Positions 1 to 14,520 are shown, numbered from the whole stretch's first letter. The stretch: 63,993 bases of DNA, filler included, from Octopus bimaculoides (GCF_001194135.2; 3 parts of 3 records of this genome joined end to end with filler, not necessarily neighbours in it), one strand, 5' to 3'. Numbers and translations: made by a program. Notes: generated from the sequence alone by a model not told the origin.

Positions 1-1366
1 ACATACATCATCATCATCATCATCATCGTTTAACGTCTAGCATGGGTTGGACGATTTGACTGAGGACTGGTGAAACCAGATGGCTACACTAGGCTCCAAT
101 CTGATTTGGCAGAGTTTCTACAGCTGGATGCCCTTCCTAATGCCAACCACTCAGAGAGTGTAGTGGGTGCTTTTACGTGCCACCCGCACAAGAGCCAGTC
201 CAGGGGCACTGGCAACGATCTCACTCGAAAATCCTACGAAGGCCAGTCAGGCGGTACTGGCAACGGCCACGCTCAAAATGGTGTATTTTATGTGCCACCC
301 ACACAATCCTTTATAATTCTATCTTTCTTTCTCCCTCTCTCTTGCTTTCTCTCTTTCTGTGTGCGTGAGGGAGAGAAGATGCATAGCCTAGTGGTTAGGG
401 TGTTGCACTCATGATCTCTGAATTGTGGGTTCGATTCTCAGACTAGTTATCATCTATTCTTGAGCAAAACACTTCATTTCACGTTGCTCTGTGATCATTT
501 CAACATCAAACCTGTGGCTTGTGGTACACCTGTACAGGTAATGTCGATTTGATGGTGGGAGTGAACTTATGTGAACGCAAACATTTGATCACTATAAACA
601 AATCATCTGCGTGGTTATTCAGGAAGAAATTGCAGAACCTTCGTATGTCATCTAAGGACAGAAGATTCCATGATTTTTCAGACACACATTTGACCCATTT
701 AGCATTCGGATTATTCTGTCAAATGTAATGTTTATTTATCCACATTGTTTTGAATTTATCCTGCATTGGAGAACAAGGTGTAATTGCTGCTGGAAGAAGC
801 TGGTGGATTTTATTGGTTTCAACTTTTGACACTAGGCTTGCAAATTTGGGGATGGGGGCTAGTCCTTTATTAATTCTTTATTGCCCACAAGGGGCTAAAC
901 ATAGAGGGGACAAACAAGGACAGACAAAGGGACTAAGTCGATTACATCGACCCCCAGTGCGTAACTGGTACTTATTCAATCGACCCCGAAAGGATGAAAG
1001 GCAAAGTCAACCTCGGCGGAATTTGAACTCAGAACGTAATGGCAGGCGAAATACCGTTAAGCATTTCGCCTGGCGTGCTAACGATTCTGCCAGCTCACCG
1101 CCTTTATATTGACCCCAGTGCTTGAATAGTATTCATTTTATTGATCTCAAAAGGATGAAAGGCAAATTCGACCTTCTGGGAAAAATACACCATAAGGAAA
1201 TGTTACCTTACCAGGTGAGGATTAACAACAATAAAAGCATCTAGTCATAGAAAATCTGCCTCAACAAAATTTTCTCTGACCCATGCAAGCATAAATGAGT
1301 TTGGGTGATTTTTATTCTGGGATTTTAGCATTTGTGATTTTTTTTTTTTGTGCTGTTGATGTAGGG

Positions 1367-1618
1367 CAGTGTTTCTCAACCATTTTTTTTACTTATGGTC
1401 CCCTTTGATTTCTATTTCATCCAGGTGGAAAAAAATCCTATTATATTTTTATAATTAGATATTATTAGAAATTGTGTAAAAAAAATATTAAAATATTTTT
1501 GTGTATTGTAGAAATAAAACTAATTTATTGCTCATAAATTTTAACAAGGAAATCTTACCTGGGCTTCCCCACCCCAAGGGTTATATGCCCTGCATCAGTG
1601 GTTCATTGAGAACCACTG
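1367..1618. mobile_element. hAT (Charlie-like) MITE with perfect 8-bp TSD
   Basis: TIR CAGTGTTTCTCAA / TTGAGAACCACTG, TSD ATGTAGGG at 1359-1366 and 1619-1626. Related copy at 24542-24810. Confidence 0.85.
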
Positions 1619-2509
1619 ATGTAGGGTAGGGGTGACTTATGTGGTAAGTGTACTTGAAAATGCCTGGTTGGAGTGGCTGTGGACGAGGGAACTTCTAGCT
1701 AACAGATCATAACAGTATGAGAATTGTGGTGTAAGTTTGTTGCAAGTAGAAGATAGAGAGAAAGGGGAAAAGAGAGAAAGAGAGAGAGAGAGAGATGGGA
1801 GAAGAGAGAAAGGGAGAGAGAGAGAGAGAGAGTAGATATCATTTCTTAGTATAGTAAAGATCTTGATTGAGCTACTTAAAGTTAAGCATGGCAGTTGTGA
1901 TGGTCTACAGATTTTGGTAAATAATAGTGCCACCACAGACCAAGTTTAGTCTCCATGTTTTTTGTTACTTAATTATACACACACTCATACACGTGTGTAC
2001 ATATGTGTATGCATGTGGTTTTCTGGCATCANNNNNNNNNNNNNNNNNNNNNNNNNNNNNNNNNNNNNNNNNNNNNNNNNNNNNNNNNNNNNNNNNNNNN
2101 NNNNNNNNNNNNNNNNNNNNNNNNNNNNNNNNNNNNNNNNNNNNNNNNNNNNNNNNNNNNNNNNNNNNNNNNNNNNNNNNNNNNNNNNNNNNNNNNNNNN
2201 NNNNNNNNNNNNNNNNNNNNNNNNNNNNNNNNNNNNNNNNNNNNNNNNNNNNNNNNNNNNNNNNNNNNNNNNNNNNNNNNNNNNNTATATATATACATAC
2301 ATACATATATATCGTTCCCTTTTTATTCGCTATTATTATTTTCTCACCACAATAGATACCTTGCTGTCCATCTCTTTTGTTTCTCATAATTTCTCATTTT
2401 ATAAAGTCTGTGTCAAATGTCACTCAAGCTACTTCTGTCTGTCTGTCTGTCTCTCTCACTCTGTCTGTCTCTCTCTGCCTGTCTGTCTGTTTCTGTCTGC
2501 CTGTCTACC

Positions 2510-2552
<43 letters not shown>

Positions 2553-4098
2553 GTCTGTCTGTCTCTCTCCCTTTGTATCATGTTCTCTTACCTGTTGATT
2601 TTATCACAATCTGTCAAGTTTCTCTGTTTTGATTTGAGTCAGCCCACCCACCTCCCTCTCTCTCTCTCCTGGTCTAACCACTGTCAACTTGTTTTTTGAT
2701 TAAATCAACACAATTTTACCATTTCACACTCTCTGTCTCTCACTCTCATCTTACCTTTCACCTATTCTTTCTCCCATCTTTCCTCCCACCCACTCTCTCC
2801 TTTCTTTCTCTCATTTTACAAATCACCTATTCTCTTTTGTCTTTCTATCTGTTAAATTCCTGACAACTAACTCTTTAATCTTGTTTTAATTAATATAACC
2901 CCACCTTCCTCTTTCTTTCTCCTCTCCCTTTCTCTCTTTCTCACCTTGTTGGACTCAATTCTTTCATTATCATCATTCACTGGTTACTAATTGCTCTTTA
3001 ATTAGTTTAGTAATATAGATTCTTTCAACTAAGCACTTTCTACCAAGCTTATGCATTTAAAAAAAATTTTTCTACTGGGCATGCGGCCAACTTCTGTTGG
3101 TATATTTGACTAAATTGTATATTACTAAAATATATGACAGCTACTTATAATACTATTAACTAAACCTTTTGATATCAAACCACATGAGACCACCTTTGAT
3201 TTTATATATATATATATATATGTTTGAAAACTGATTATGTTAAGATGTTTATATGTTTATATGTAAATACACCTTGCATTGTAATTTTATCTCATAACGT
3301 TGATATTATGTTCTAAATACAAATTTAACTGTTTTGATACCAATATGCTTATAAATACTTTTGGTTTATGTTGCAAAAACCATTCTTTTTAAAGTATCAT
3401 TCTGCAGCAATTTTACTCTTGAAATACATTCTATACCACAGGAATTCCCTTCAGGCACAGGTACAGGCAAGGTTGTTTGGTTTAGAAAAGCTTGCTTTGC
3501 AAGCTTGTGGTGCATGTGTTTTCTACTATAGCCCTGAGTTAACCAATGTCTTGTGAGTGAATTTGGTAGCAGAAACTATGTGGAAGTCAATTGTGTGTGT
3601 GTGTGTGTGTGTATTTATATATATATAGTTTTAGGGAAAAGAACCAAGGTTCATGAACTCATCAATGAAAATCCACTGTCACATAAAGAAAAATTAATAA
3701 GTAAAAGCACAATAAATATGTATAATATAATGCAAAGTAAATATCAACATGTGACAGTGGATTTTCATCGGTGCTTATCTACTAATGTTTATGGTTGGTT
3801 AGTTTGACCATTCTTAGTACTTTCCGTTTCTGGAAATTCAATTTTACCTATGAAGACTTCATTCTTTTCGATATAGGAGAAATAATTACTAGTTTAAAGA
3901 AAACAGAAAATACACATAGTATATTCACTTTTTAATCATTGCACAGTCATATTAAGTTCTTCTTTTTTGCCTACGTGATGTTCCAGCCATTTGTTAGTGT
4001 CCATACTTGTACTTTAAAGTTTGTTATGATGTAATAAATAAAGAATGGCTTCTTCTGGGCATTTTAACTGCTATTTTTTCCATTTCACTCAAATGGAG

Positions 4099-4138
<40 letters not shown>

Positions 4139-4386
4139 CATCATCATCATCGTTTAACGTCCGCTTTCCATGCTAGCATGAGTTGGACGATTTGACTGAG
4201 GACTGGCAAACCGGATAGCTGCACCAGGCTCCAGTCTGATCTGGCAGAGTTTCTACAGCTGGATGCCCTTCCTAACGCCAACCACTCCGAGAGTGTAGTG
4301 GGTGCTTTTATGTGCCACCGCCTCGAGGACCAGTCAGGGGGTACTGGCAACAGCCACGCTCAAAATGGTGTTTTTTATGTGTCACC

Positions 4387-4447
<61 letters not shown>

Positions 4448-4762
4448 ATATTCCTATTATTTTTACTTATATTGGGTTGAAAAACCCTTNNNNNNNNNNN
4501 NNNNNNNNNNNNNNNNNNNNNNNNNNNNNNNNNNNNNNNNNNNNNNNNNNNNNNNNNNNNNNNNNNNNNNNNNNNNNNNNNNNNNNNNNNNNNNNNNNNN
4601 NNNNNNNNNNNNNNNNNNNNNNNNNNNNNNNNNNNNNNNNNNNNNNNNNNNNNNNNNNNNNNNNNNNNNNNNNNNNNNNNNNNNNNNNNNNNNNNNNNNN
4701 NNNTGGCATACTAACGATTCTGCCAGCTCGCTGTCTTTTGAACATGATATTACATACTATTC

Positions 4763-4993
4763 TTTAACCCTTTTGATACTAACCTGGCTGAAACCACCTC
4801 CGGCTCTGTAGTACAAATGTCTTGTTTTCAAAAGTTCTGAATTAAAATCTTCCACCAAATCTTAGTCACAATTTATGTTCCTAACACTAGCTTAATGATA
4901 ACGAAGTTATTTTGCTAAATCCTTTGTTATATTTAAAACTAATTGAAAGAAACACAGAGCATCTCAACAGAAATATGGTAACAAAAGGGTTAA
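4763..4993. mobile_element. piggyBac-like MITE (TTAA-CCCT ends)
   Basis: TTAACCCTTTTG...CAAAAGGGTTAA. Related copies at about 43210-43440 and 56420-56945. A second TTAACCCTTTAGCATT family occurs at about 10853-11072, 14726-14933, 25544-25780 and 54290-54506. Confidence 0.7.
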
Positions 4994-5676
4994 AATTTTA
5001 TGCGATGTGCATTTATATATAATTAATTGTTTATCCTCTCTTTTTCTTGGAACCCTCTAAATTCCTCTTGTAGAACTCTAGGATTCCAGGGAACCTTGAT
5101 TAGGAAATGATTTTTTAATATGTTCATGTTTAAATCAAAACCTTCCTCTATTTTCCATCTAGTAAACTTATGTTAAGTTTATGATTTGTTTTGAAGTATA
5201 AAAATCTCTTCCATAATTCTTTTTACATAATTATCATTTTTATGTTATGTTCAAAACAGTAGCTTAATGAGTAGAAATAAGTTAATCTATTAAATCCAGT
5301 AATTATAGGTATAAGTGTACATTTATAATCTGCCTAGAGAAACTGAAGGTTTCAAAGCAGTTGTCTGCAAATATTTTCTTTCTCACCAAAGTTGATAGAA
5401 ATAGAAATGTTTTGAAAGAAATCTGCCAGAGAGCTGAACTCTGTGACTGTGCACAATTTTTCTTTTCTGTCTCCTACAACTAACTATACCTGACCTGTTA
5501 TTTTGGCACTGGGTGGTTGTTTGAATGAGAATGTTCCTCCAGTATTCCTTATATTCATATATGAGTATGTATTCAGTAACAGAGGTATTCACTCTATATG
5601 TCCCAATATTTCCTATGCAAGAATGTACATGTTTATGTGCATGTGTGTGTGTGTGCATGTGTATGCATGTGTATGT

Positions 5677-5713
<37 letters not shown>

Positions 5714-6659
5714 TACATACACATACATTTCAAGTGGTTAGGTAACAACTTGTTATGCACTTATCACTCATCAGTTGTATTAATATGTATGTGTATGTAT
5801 GTATATGTACGTATACATATGTATATGTGTATGTGTATACCTATGAAAAATGCTGATATATTGAAACACTTGTACAATTGTACAAGGTACTTTATCAGAT
5901 ATAAATATACACTACATAATCATGTATTGAGTCCTTTTGCTGAATTGCTTCCCTTGGAATTTTTTGGGAACTACATACATATGCATGCACATGTGCAGAC
6001 ACGCACACACACAAACACACACACACATACATATGTACACACATGATGATAATGATGATAGTATTTAAGCAAAAACCAAGTGACACTTGAAAATAAACTC
6101 AAGTTGTATATATAAAATGAAATAATCATATATATATTCTATGAATATATATTTGTTATTCATTCAATATACACAATTTCATTCATATTCTCAAGTGTTC
6201 CTTCATTTTAGCTGTATTCATATCATTAAATTATTGTTCTAGACTTGAATTTTTGTTTGTATTGAGCTCCTTGCTAAATGCTTTGCACAAAAAGTTTTCA
6301 TTATAAAATTGTGAGGTATTTAATTCTATTATTGCAATATAATATATGTGCTCTCAACACACAAACACACAAGTGTGCACATGCACACGCACATGCACAT
6401 ACAATCTGGCTTAAGAAATCTTATAGTCTTCTTAATTTTCATCTTTATTATCAAGGTAGCTCTTCAGAAAAAAACAAAACAAAAAAAAAACGTCTTTTCT
6501 CTTTGGTTAGGAAAAGCTACAGGGAAGTTCAATGCCTACAGGAGCAACTTACAGGTATCATTTTTACCACTTGCCATGATCTTTTCCAACACACACACAC
6601 ACAGGTGGCAATACCAACATGCATTAGTTTGAAATTTAAAAAAATTAAAAAAAACTCTG

Positions 6660-7131
6660 AATTACTATAACTTGATAAAGAGCTGCTGAGTATTGCTTCT
6701 CAGAAAATGGGCTCTTGGGGCTTAGGGGAAAATCTATGATAATGCATTGAATAGTGATAAATCTAGACTTATTCCTCCCTTCAGTTGTTATGACATACAA
6801 ACTTCTAAAGATAAAGCAGAATTGTTGCTCAATTGTTTCCAATTATTCTACGCTAGATTCTTCTGACTGTGTTCTTCCAAATTTTCCTTCTCAGTGTGAT
6901 TTTCCTTTATCTGATATGCATATAACTTCTAAATCTGCAGTGAAGACTGCTTCAAACCTTGTGACTTATACAGCTTCTGGTCTTGATAATATTCCTACTG
7001 TTGTATTGGAGAAGTGCTCACCTGAGTCGTCTTCTGTTTTGTCTAAATTCAATAAATGCTTAGCTGAGTTTTCCTGTTTAGCTTACTTGAAATCAATCTG
7101 TGTTATTCCTGGTTTCAAAACGCCTGAATAA
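6660..7131 (+). mobile_element. Degenerate LINE ORF2 fragment (Jockey/CR1/L2 group, region upstream of the RT domain)
   Basis: SKDKAELL (other frame), STLDSSDCVLPNFPSQCD, ASGLDNIPTVVLEKCSPE, NKCLAE. Confidence 0.75.
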
Positions 7132-9820
7132 TATTGACCTATATTGACCTTAGTACTTTGTAACATTTTAATAATCATATTAGAAATGAAAAGCAATTAA
7201 TTCCTTGTCATAAGAGCTCTGTCTCTGAAATTTTGATATATGTGTGCAGGCATGGCTGTGTGGTAAAAAGTTTGCTTCCCAACCACATGGTTCTGGTTTC
7301 AGTCCCATTGTATGACACCTTGGACAATTGTGTTCTACTATATCCTCAGGCTGACCAAAGTCTTCTAAGTGGCTTTGCTTGATGGACACTGAAAGAAGTG
7401 TGTTGTATATATATCCATATTTATTTAAGTGTGTGTCTTTGTGTCTTTGTTTGTGCTCCACCACTGCTTGACAACTAGTGTTGTTGAGTTCACATTACCA
7501 TAACTTAATGGTTAGGTGAAAGAGACCAATAGAATAAGTGCCAGGCTTTACAAAAAAGTATAATAAGTCCTGAAGAATTCATTTGACTAAAATTCTTCAA
7601 GGTGTTGCCCTAGCATGGCCACAGTCTAATGACTGAAACAAGTAAATTATAAAAGAGGAAAGTTAGTTTGTTCTTTGTGTGTGTGTGGTAAGTATTAGTA
7701 AAAACCTATAATCAAGCAACCACTGATATTTGAACAAATAGTGAAAATGGTAGAATAAATTTTTGCTGTGAGGCAGAAGAAGAAGAAAAGTCTAATATTT
7801 TACGCAGAACCCTTCATTGGACCTTGTAGAATTAGATTTATTCCACTGTTTGGATTCTTTGTATTTCTATTTTCCAATGCAGAACCTCGCTTGTTTTACC
7901 AGATTCTACTATTTCATGAACAATTATAGACGACTGAAAAGAGTTTTAGTTGTGTATTTGTAGTCCAAGTTTGTAGTCACAGACACATATAAGAACAAAG
8001 AGAGAGAGAGAGAGAAAGAGAAAGAGAAAGAAGAGAAAGAGAGAGAGAGAGAGGAACAGATCAATTGTTAGATAGAAAGAGATAGATAGATAGAGAGAGA
8101 GACAGACAGACAGATACATTGATAGACAGAACAAGAGAGAGAGAGAGGGATAGTAGAATAGATAGATATATATAGAGAGACAGACAGATAGAATGAGAAA
8201 GAGAGGGAGGGAGAGAGCAAAATTAAATTAATTTGAAAATACAATTAGAAAAAGTAGAAGTAGTAAAACTATTTTTACCATTGAAAACATCTTTTGGGAG
8301 GCAAATATGTGAACAATTTGTTAAAATAAAAAGAAAAAGAAAGAGCATGGAACAAAATACAAAACAAAGTGGGTGGAAGAGAAAAAAAAGAATAATCTAA
8401 TCAAATAATTAGCTTCTAATTAGAACATAACAAATAATAGAAGGAACTATATTGTGTGCCAGTACAGTAGAGTAAAAGGTAAGCTCTTGGCAAGCTGAGT
8501 ACATGACCTGGTGTTGATTCCAAGTTGTATATGTTTGTTTCCTTCTTGTCTCCAATGTCCTTCCAAATAGACAAGTACATCATCATACACATATTGTATT
8601 TCTTCCAAACTCCACTGTACCAAAAAAAGAAAAAGAAAAAAAAGCATAAACAAATATACTGCAAAAAACAACCAAGTTTGTATACATACCTAGAGAAGAC
8701 TGCAGCAAGAGGAGGTAACTCAAATGTCACTTCCTTGATATTTCATTGCAAAGATATGACAAATTTCTTTCAAAAATGCATGTTATTCTTTTACTGGTGT
8801 TAGTCATACTGTGACCATACTGGGATACCATCTTCATGGTATCCTAGTATGGTCACAGTATGACTTAAATTAATTATATTAACCAAGTATTTTGTCTTTT
8901 ATGTAATTTACTGAGCTTATACTGTAAGAAAGATTAAGTCGGCTTAGGCATAAACTACAACAGATCAAAATATTTTAGTTTGATACTCCATCTTCCCTTC
9001 CATACCACTATGGTATAATTCTGTGGTTAAAAAGTCTGCTTTCCAACCACATAGTTTTAAGTTTAATTCAATTGTGTAGTTAATCCAGGCATGTTTTTGT
9101 TTTTCTTCTCTTCATTCCTTTCTGTAAAAGAGCATAGGCTTGAAACATCAAAAACTTGTTCCATTTTTCCTGAGTGTCAAACTAACACACCTTGTTTGTT
9201 GTTCCCTCTCCTGTCTCTGTCTTTTATTTTTTGTATAATTTTGAACCACACAAACGCACACACACACACATGTTTATATGTAAGTGTCTCTTTGTCTTGA
9301 CACTGTGTAGTAATTGTAAATGAGTGTCACTATTATACAAGTAGTATCATACATTTCCAATCTTCTGCAAAAACATGTCTGGCTATGGAGAAATATGACC
9401 ATGCCTGGAAACAGGTGTGGGCTGGTGACAGGAGAGGCATCCAGCTGTAGAAAATCTGCTTCAATAAATTCCATCCAACCCCAGCAAACATGAAAAACTG
9501 GATGTTGATGATATATTTCATATACATATGAACTTCCCCACAGATTTCATCCATCAAATTCTACTCACAAGGCTTTGATCAACTCAAGGTTATGGTAGGA
9601 AATTCTTGTTCAAGGTTCCACTCACTAGAATTGAACTTTGAACAGTATGGTTGTGAAATTGTGAATTGCTATTTACGTAAATAAAAAGGAAATACAATAT
9701 AAAAAAAAGCAGTTGATCAACAATTGAATGTAAAACAATGTACTGTTACATCAGCTCTTTGTCAAGTTATAGCAATTCAGAGTTTTTTTATTACAAACTA
9801 ATGTATGTTGGTACTGCCAC

Positions 9821-9867
<47 letters not shown>

Positions 9868-12800
9868 GGAAAAGAACATGGTAAATGGTAATAATGATAC
9901 CTGTAAATTGATCCTGTAGGCGTTGATTTTGAGGAAACAAAGAAATTAATAATAACAAAAAAAAAACCCCTGATACTTTGTCTTTATTGATTTACCAATG
10001 TGTCATCATTATGAGATGTGAATAGTGTCTTGCAGTGTTAAATTCTTTGTTAGACATGCTACAATCCAAATTTGATTCTCAGATGATTCCTTCTACTTAT
10101 TCCTTTTTCCACCTATAATTTTCATTCATAGAGACAAACTCGGAAAAAATGTTTTTTCTTTCCCCCTTAGGATGTACATTTTATATGAAAATGAAGTCTT
10201 AGAATGAGGACCTTAACACAGTCCATACAATTCTTCTTAGTAACTGACCAAAATCACTGAGAGGAAGAGTAACTGACCACTGTCCAGAAGGTTAAAGGTT
10301 TATATTCTGTCAGTTGTGCTGAATTGTGTAAAAAAAAAAAATACCTCATTAAAACAATACTTCATTAGCAAAGGCCTTTTCAGTGAAGTTCAAAAACAAG
10401 TACCATGAATAGGCAGAGCTTCGGGTTGTTATGTACTCTGCGAATGATAAGTGTTTCATTGGCTTGTAGTGTTGAACTTCGGATTCTCCCAGGGTGGGGG
10501 AGGGGGCATTAATATAGATTAACATCTTACTGAAGGTAAAAAAGTCTTTCAGTTTTCGGACAACATACCTTCTGGATGAACAGGTTCCCTTCATTAGTTG
10601 ATCACTCCATAGTCTGCAGATGAAGTCAAGTACTTGACCTTTTACCATTATATGTCTTTATCAATGGATAACATGTCTTGTTCACTTCTAGATGAGATCA
10701 ATGATGTCCAGCTTCTGTTGACCATACCCCACTGGTGGTGCAAGCTAATAAAGTATTTGGCAGTTTTATGGTGTTGCTGGCAGCACCATTGCTGATAGCA
10801 ATGTCTTCCTTATTCTGCTGTACCTATTTACAGTTAAGCAGACTGGGTCATTTAACCCTTAAGCATTCAGATTATTCTATCAAATGTAATGCTTATTTAT
10901 TCACATTTTAAAAAATTAATCGTGTATGTTTTAAATTAATAATGCTTCAAGATTGTTTATTTTTAGAATGACATTGTAGGGTCGGTGTGAGAGGCTGGAT
11001 CTGGTCAGTTTGAATATAAAATAGGTAGAATATTTGGGCCAGATATGGTTGGTTTAAATATCAAAGAGTTAAGTATCTTGTTGTCAGTGCTGATGACAGA
11101 AGGTGAAACACCAGCTTAGATGAACCGTCCACTTTCTCTTGGTAACAGAGTGAATGAAAAGAAAAACATAAACAACAATACAAACAGGAAACATATCTCG
11201 AAACATGCAAGCAGTATTTCCTAAGTGCCACTAAGGACTGATATTAATATGAACTGCAAGAGAGGAAGCATTAGTTTCCTGGATACAGTTTAGTAAGGAC
11301 TATAAGATGATAATTCAAGAATAGGACAAGAACAATGGCCACTTCCAAAAAACTTCACACAAGTGAACTAAGTTTTTATCAAAATAATTAAGTACAAGTA
11401 GGTATGACTAAAACAATAGTGTTTCAGACTGGATGGTTTACTGTTAGCTTAATGGGGATTGTATCATGAGGAAGCTATACACAGCCAACTGATCTGCTAG
11501 AAATTGCAGAGAAATCCCTCTCAAAGTACATCCTACCATTTTAAGAAAGAATATCTTGGGTGGTATCAGAGCAGTGAGTTAGTGAACTCATTAATACATT
11601 GGACAAAATGCTTAGCAGCATTTCGTCTGTCTTTACGTTCTGAGTTCAAATTCCACTGAGGTTGACTTTGCCTTTCTTCCTTTCAGGATTGATAAAATAA
11701 GTACCAGTTGATCACTGGGGGGTCGATGTAATTGACTTCTCCCCTCCCTTGAACTTGTTGGCCTTGTATCAAAATTCAAAACCATTATTAGTGTTTTGAG
11801 TGGTAACCTTGGAGAATTGTTCACACATTGGACAGAATGCCTAGCTGTATTACTTCCAGCTTTTTACATTCTGAATTCAGATTCCACTGAGGTTGACTTT
11901 GCTTCTTGTTCTTTCAGGGTTACTCTTTTACTCTTTTACCTGTTTCAGTCATTTGACTGCGGCCATGCTGGAGCACCACCTTTAGTCGAGCAAATCGATA
12001 CCAAGACTTATTCTTTTTAAGCCTAGTACTTATTCTATTGGTCTCTTTTGCCGAACCGCTAAGTTATAGGGATGTAAACACACCAGCATCGGTTGTCAAG
12101 TGATGTTGGGGGGACAAACACAGACACAAGACATATACACATACATACATACATACATATNNNNNNNNNNNNNNNNNNNNNNNNNNNNNNNNNNNNNNNN
12201 NNNNNNNNNNNNNNNNNNNNNNNNNNNNNNNNNNNNNNNNNNNNNNNNNNNNNNNNNNNNNNNNNNNNNNNNNNNNNNNNNNNNNNNNNNNNNNNNNNNN
12301 NNNNNNNNNNNNNNNNNNNNNNNNNNNNNNNNNNNNNNNNNNNNNNNNNNNNNNNNNNNNNNNNNNNNNNNNNNNNNNNNNNNNNNNNNNNNNNNNNNNN
12401 NNNNNNNNNNNNNNNNNNNNNNNNNNNNNNNNNNNNNNNNNNNNNNNNNNNNNNNNNNNNNNNNNNNNNNNNNNNNNNNNNNNNNNNNNNNNNNNNNNNN
12501 NNNNNNNNNNNNNNNNNNNNNNNNNNNNNNNNNNNNNNNNNNNNNNNNNNNNNNNNNNNNNNNNNNNNNNNNNNNNNNNNNNNNNNNNNNNNNNNNNNNN
12601 NNNNNNNNNNNNNNNNNNNNNNNNNNNNNNNNNNNNNNNNNNNNNNNNNNNNNNNNNNNNNNNNNNNNNNNNNNNNNNNNNNNNNNNNNNNNNNNNNNNN
12701 NNNNNNNNNNNNNNNNNNNNNNNNNNNNNNNNNNNNNNNNNNNNNNNNNNNNNNNNNNNNNNNNNNNNNNNNCCTCACATTCAAATTCAAAACCCACCAG

Positions 12801-14119
12801 ATGATAATGTCTATAAAAAATTTTTTTAAATTATATGAAAAAAGGAACAAACAAATAAAAAAAAACCCGTTTAAGATCAAGACCAGTAATTCAATACATA
12901 TATTTATAAAATTAAATATTCATTAATTTTCTCAGCACAGATGTACTTTTGTAGGTGCTTATCATCATCATCATCATCATCGTTTAACGTCCGCTTTCCA
13001 TGCTAGCATGGGTTGGACGATTTGACTGAGGACTGGTGAAACCGGATGGCAACACCAGGCTCCAGTCTGATTTGGCAGAGTTTCTACAGCTGGATGCCCT
13101 TCCTAACGCCAATGCCCTTCCTTGCCCCTGATAGTAAAACGTTTCCCTACTCCTACCCTAAATGGTTGCTGAAGCTGCTAGAAATAACAGCCAAATCTTC
13201 AGCTACTTACAATCTTTCTCTCTCTCTCTATGTATATATATATATATATATTGTATCAGGACAATTACACCCCATAGGACAATTCACTCCAACAGCAACT
13301 ACCTCCTAGGACAGTTACCCCCCCCCCTCGTTAATTACCCCCTCTCTAATATACTAAGAAGTTTTATATCATCATCTGTTGTCTTCAGGGGTAATTTTGG
13401 TGAGGTTATTGTCCATGGAGTGTAAATGCCCTAGACTCATATATATATATATATATGGGTGTATATGTGTATGTTTGTGTCTCCTTGTTTTGACATCATG
13501 TGATAGGTGTAAATGATTGTTCTGATCATACAAGCAATGTCGTGCATTTCTAATATTCTGCAAAAAACATGTATGGTTGTGAGGAAATATTATCTTGCTT
13601 ACAAGCAGGTGAGGGTTGGTAACAGGAAGGACATTTGGCCACAGAAAATCTGCCTCAATAAACTCCATCCAACCCATACAGGAATGGAAACATAGACATT
13701 AAAATATGATGATGATGATGATGACAAAGGATAATGCAGTCCCAAATAAAACTAAGCGTGAAAATATAAAATGGGATAGCGCTTTCTAAATAGGCCTGAT
13801 TGATCAGAGCCAGCCTAGGGTCAAACAGTAACAACAACAGTTTTATTTTGATATACAGTGATGAAGGTTAGCTAACCTGGTAGACTCTTTTGTTAAGCTA
13901 TATTTATGGGATAATTTTTGAACTTGGTACCCTAACAAAACATTGTAGTTGAAAACTTTGTCTTAGTATATTTTATGTAAAGCTGTTATTGTTGTTTATC
14001 TCCAGATCTACTCTGCCCTGATCCAGCACATCTTTGTTCAAAAGCTTCTCTGCCATGAGCATCATCCCATGTTTTTTTTTTTTTTTCATCATCTACCTCA
14101 TCTATATCAGCACTTTACT

Positions 14120-14520
14120 CTCTTTACTCTTTTACTTGTTTCAGTCATTTGACTGCGGCCATGCTGGAGCACCGCCTTTAGTCGAGCAAATTGACTCCAG
14201 GACTTATTCTTTGTAAGCCTAGTACTTATTCTATCGGTCTCTTTTGCCGAACCGCTAAGTTACGGGACGTAAACACACCACCATCGGTTGTCAAGCAATG
14301 TTGGGGGGACAAATACAGACACACACATACATATATATATATATATACATATATACAACGGGCTTCTTTCAGTTTCCGTCTACCAAATCCACTCACAAGG
14401 CTCTTGTTGGCCCGAGGCTATAGTAGAAGACACTTGCCCAAGGTGCCACGCAGTGAGACTGAACACGGAACCATGTGGCTGGTAAGCAAACTACTTACCA
14501 CACAGTCACACCTGCGCCTT
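14120..14520 (-). mobile_element. tRNA-headed SINE (family C), representative copy
   Basis: Recurrent CAGTCATTTGACTGCGGCCATGCTGGAGCACCGCC...CTACCAAATCCACTCACAAGG...GAAGACACTTGCCCAAGGTGCC. Also about 7245-7640(+), 11925-12160, 36539-36793(+), 36820-37221(-), 39745-40112, 42815-43210, 58255-58585. Confidence 0.82.

Noticed and set aside
70-414. Recurrent ORFs such as FLQLDALPNANHSESVVGAFTCH (also near 4298, 31453, 45284, 60545)
   Set aside because: These are translations of family-A repeat copies with inconsistent frames, not a gene family.
8580-8614. SLEEIQYVY resembling the KDM5 C-terminal SLDETQHIW
   Set aside because: The flanking residues do not match and the upstream sequence is a T-tract, not GDLLE codons. 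Treated as coincidence.
10349-10760. 99-aa minus ORF and nearby splice-like sites
   Set aside because: No recognisable homology, and the implied 39-nt intron is implausibly short. Possibly a degraded TE.
11090-11115. CTGATGA...GAAA as a hammerhead ribozyme
   Set aside because: No pairable stem II or stem I.
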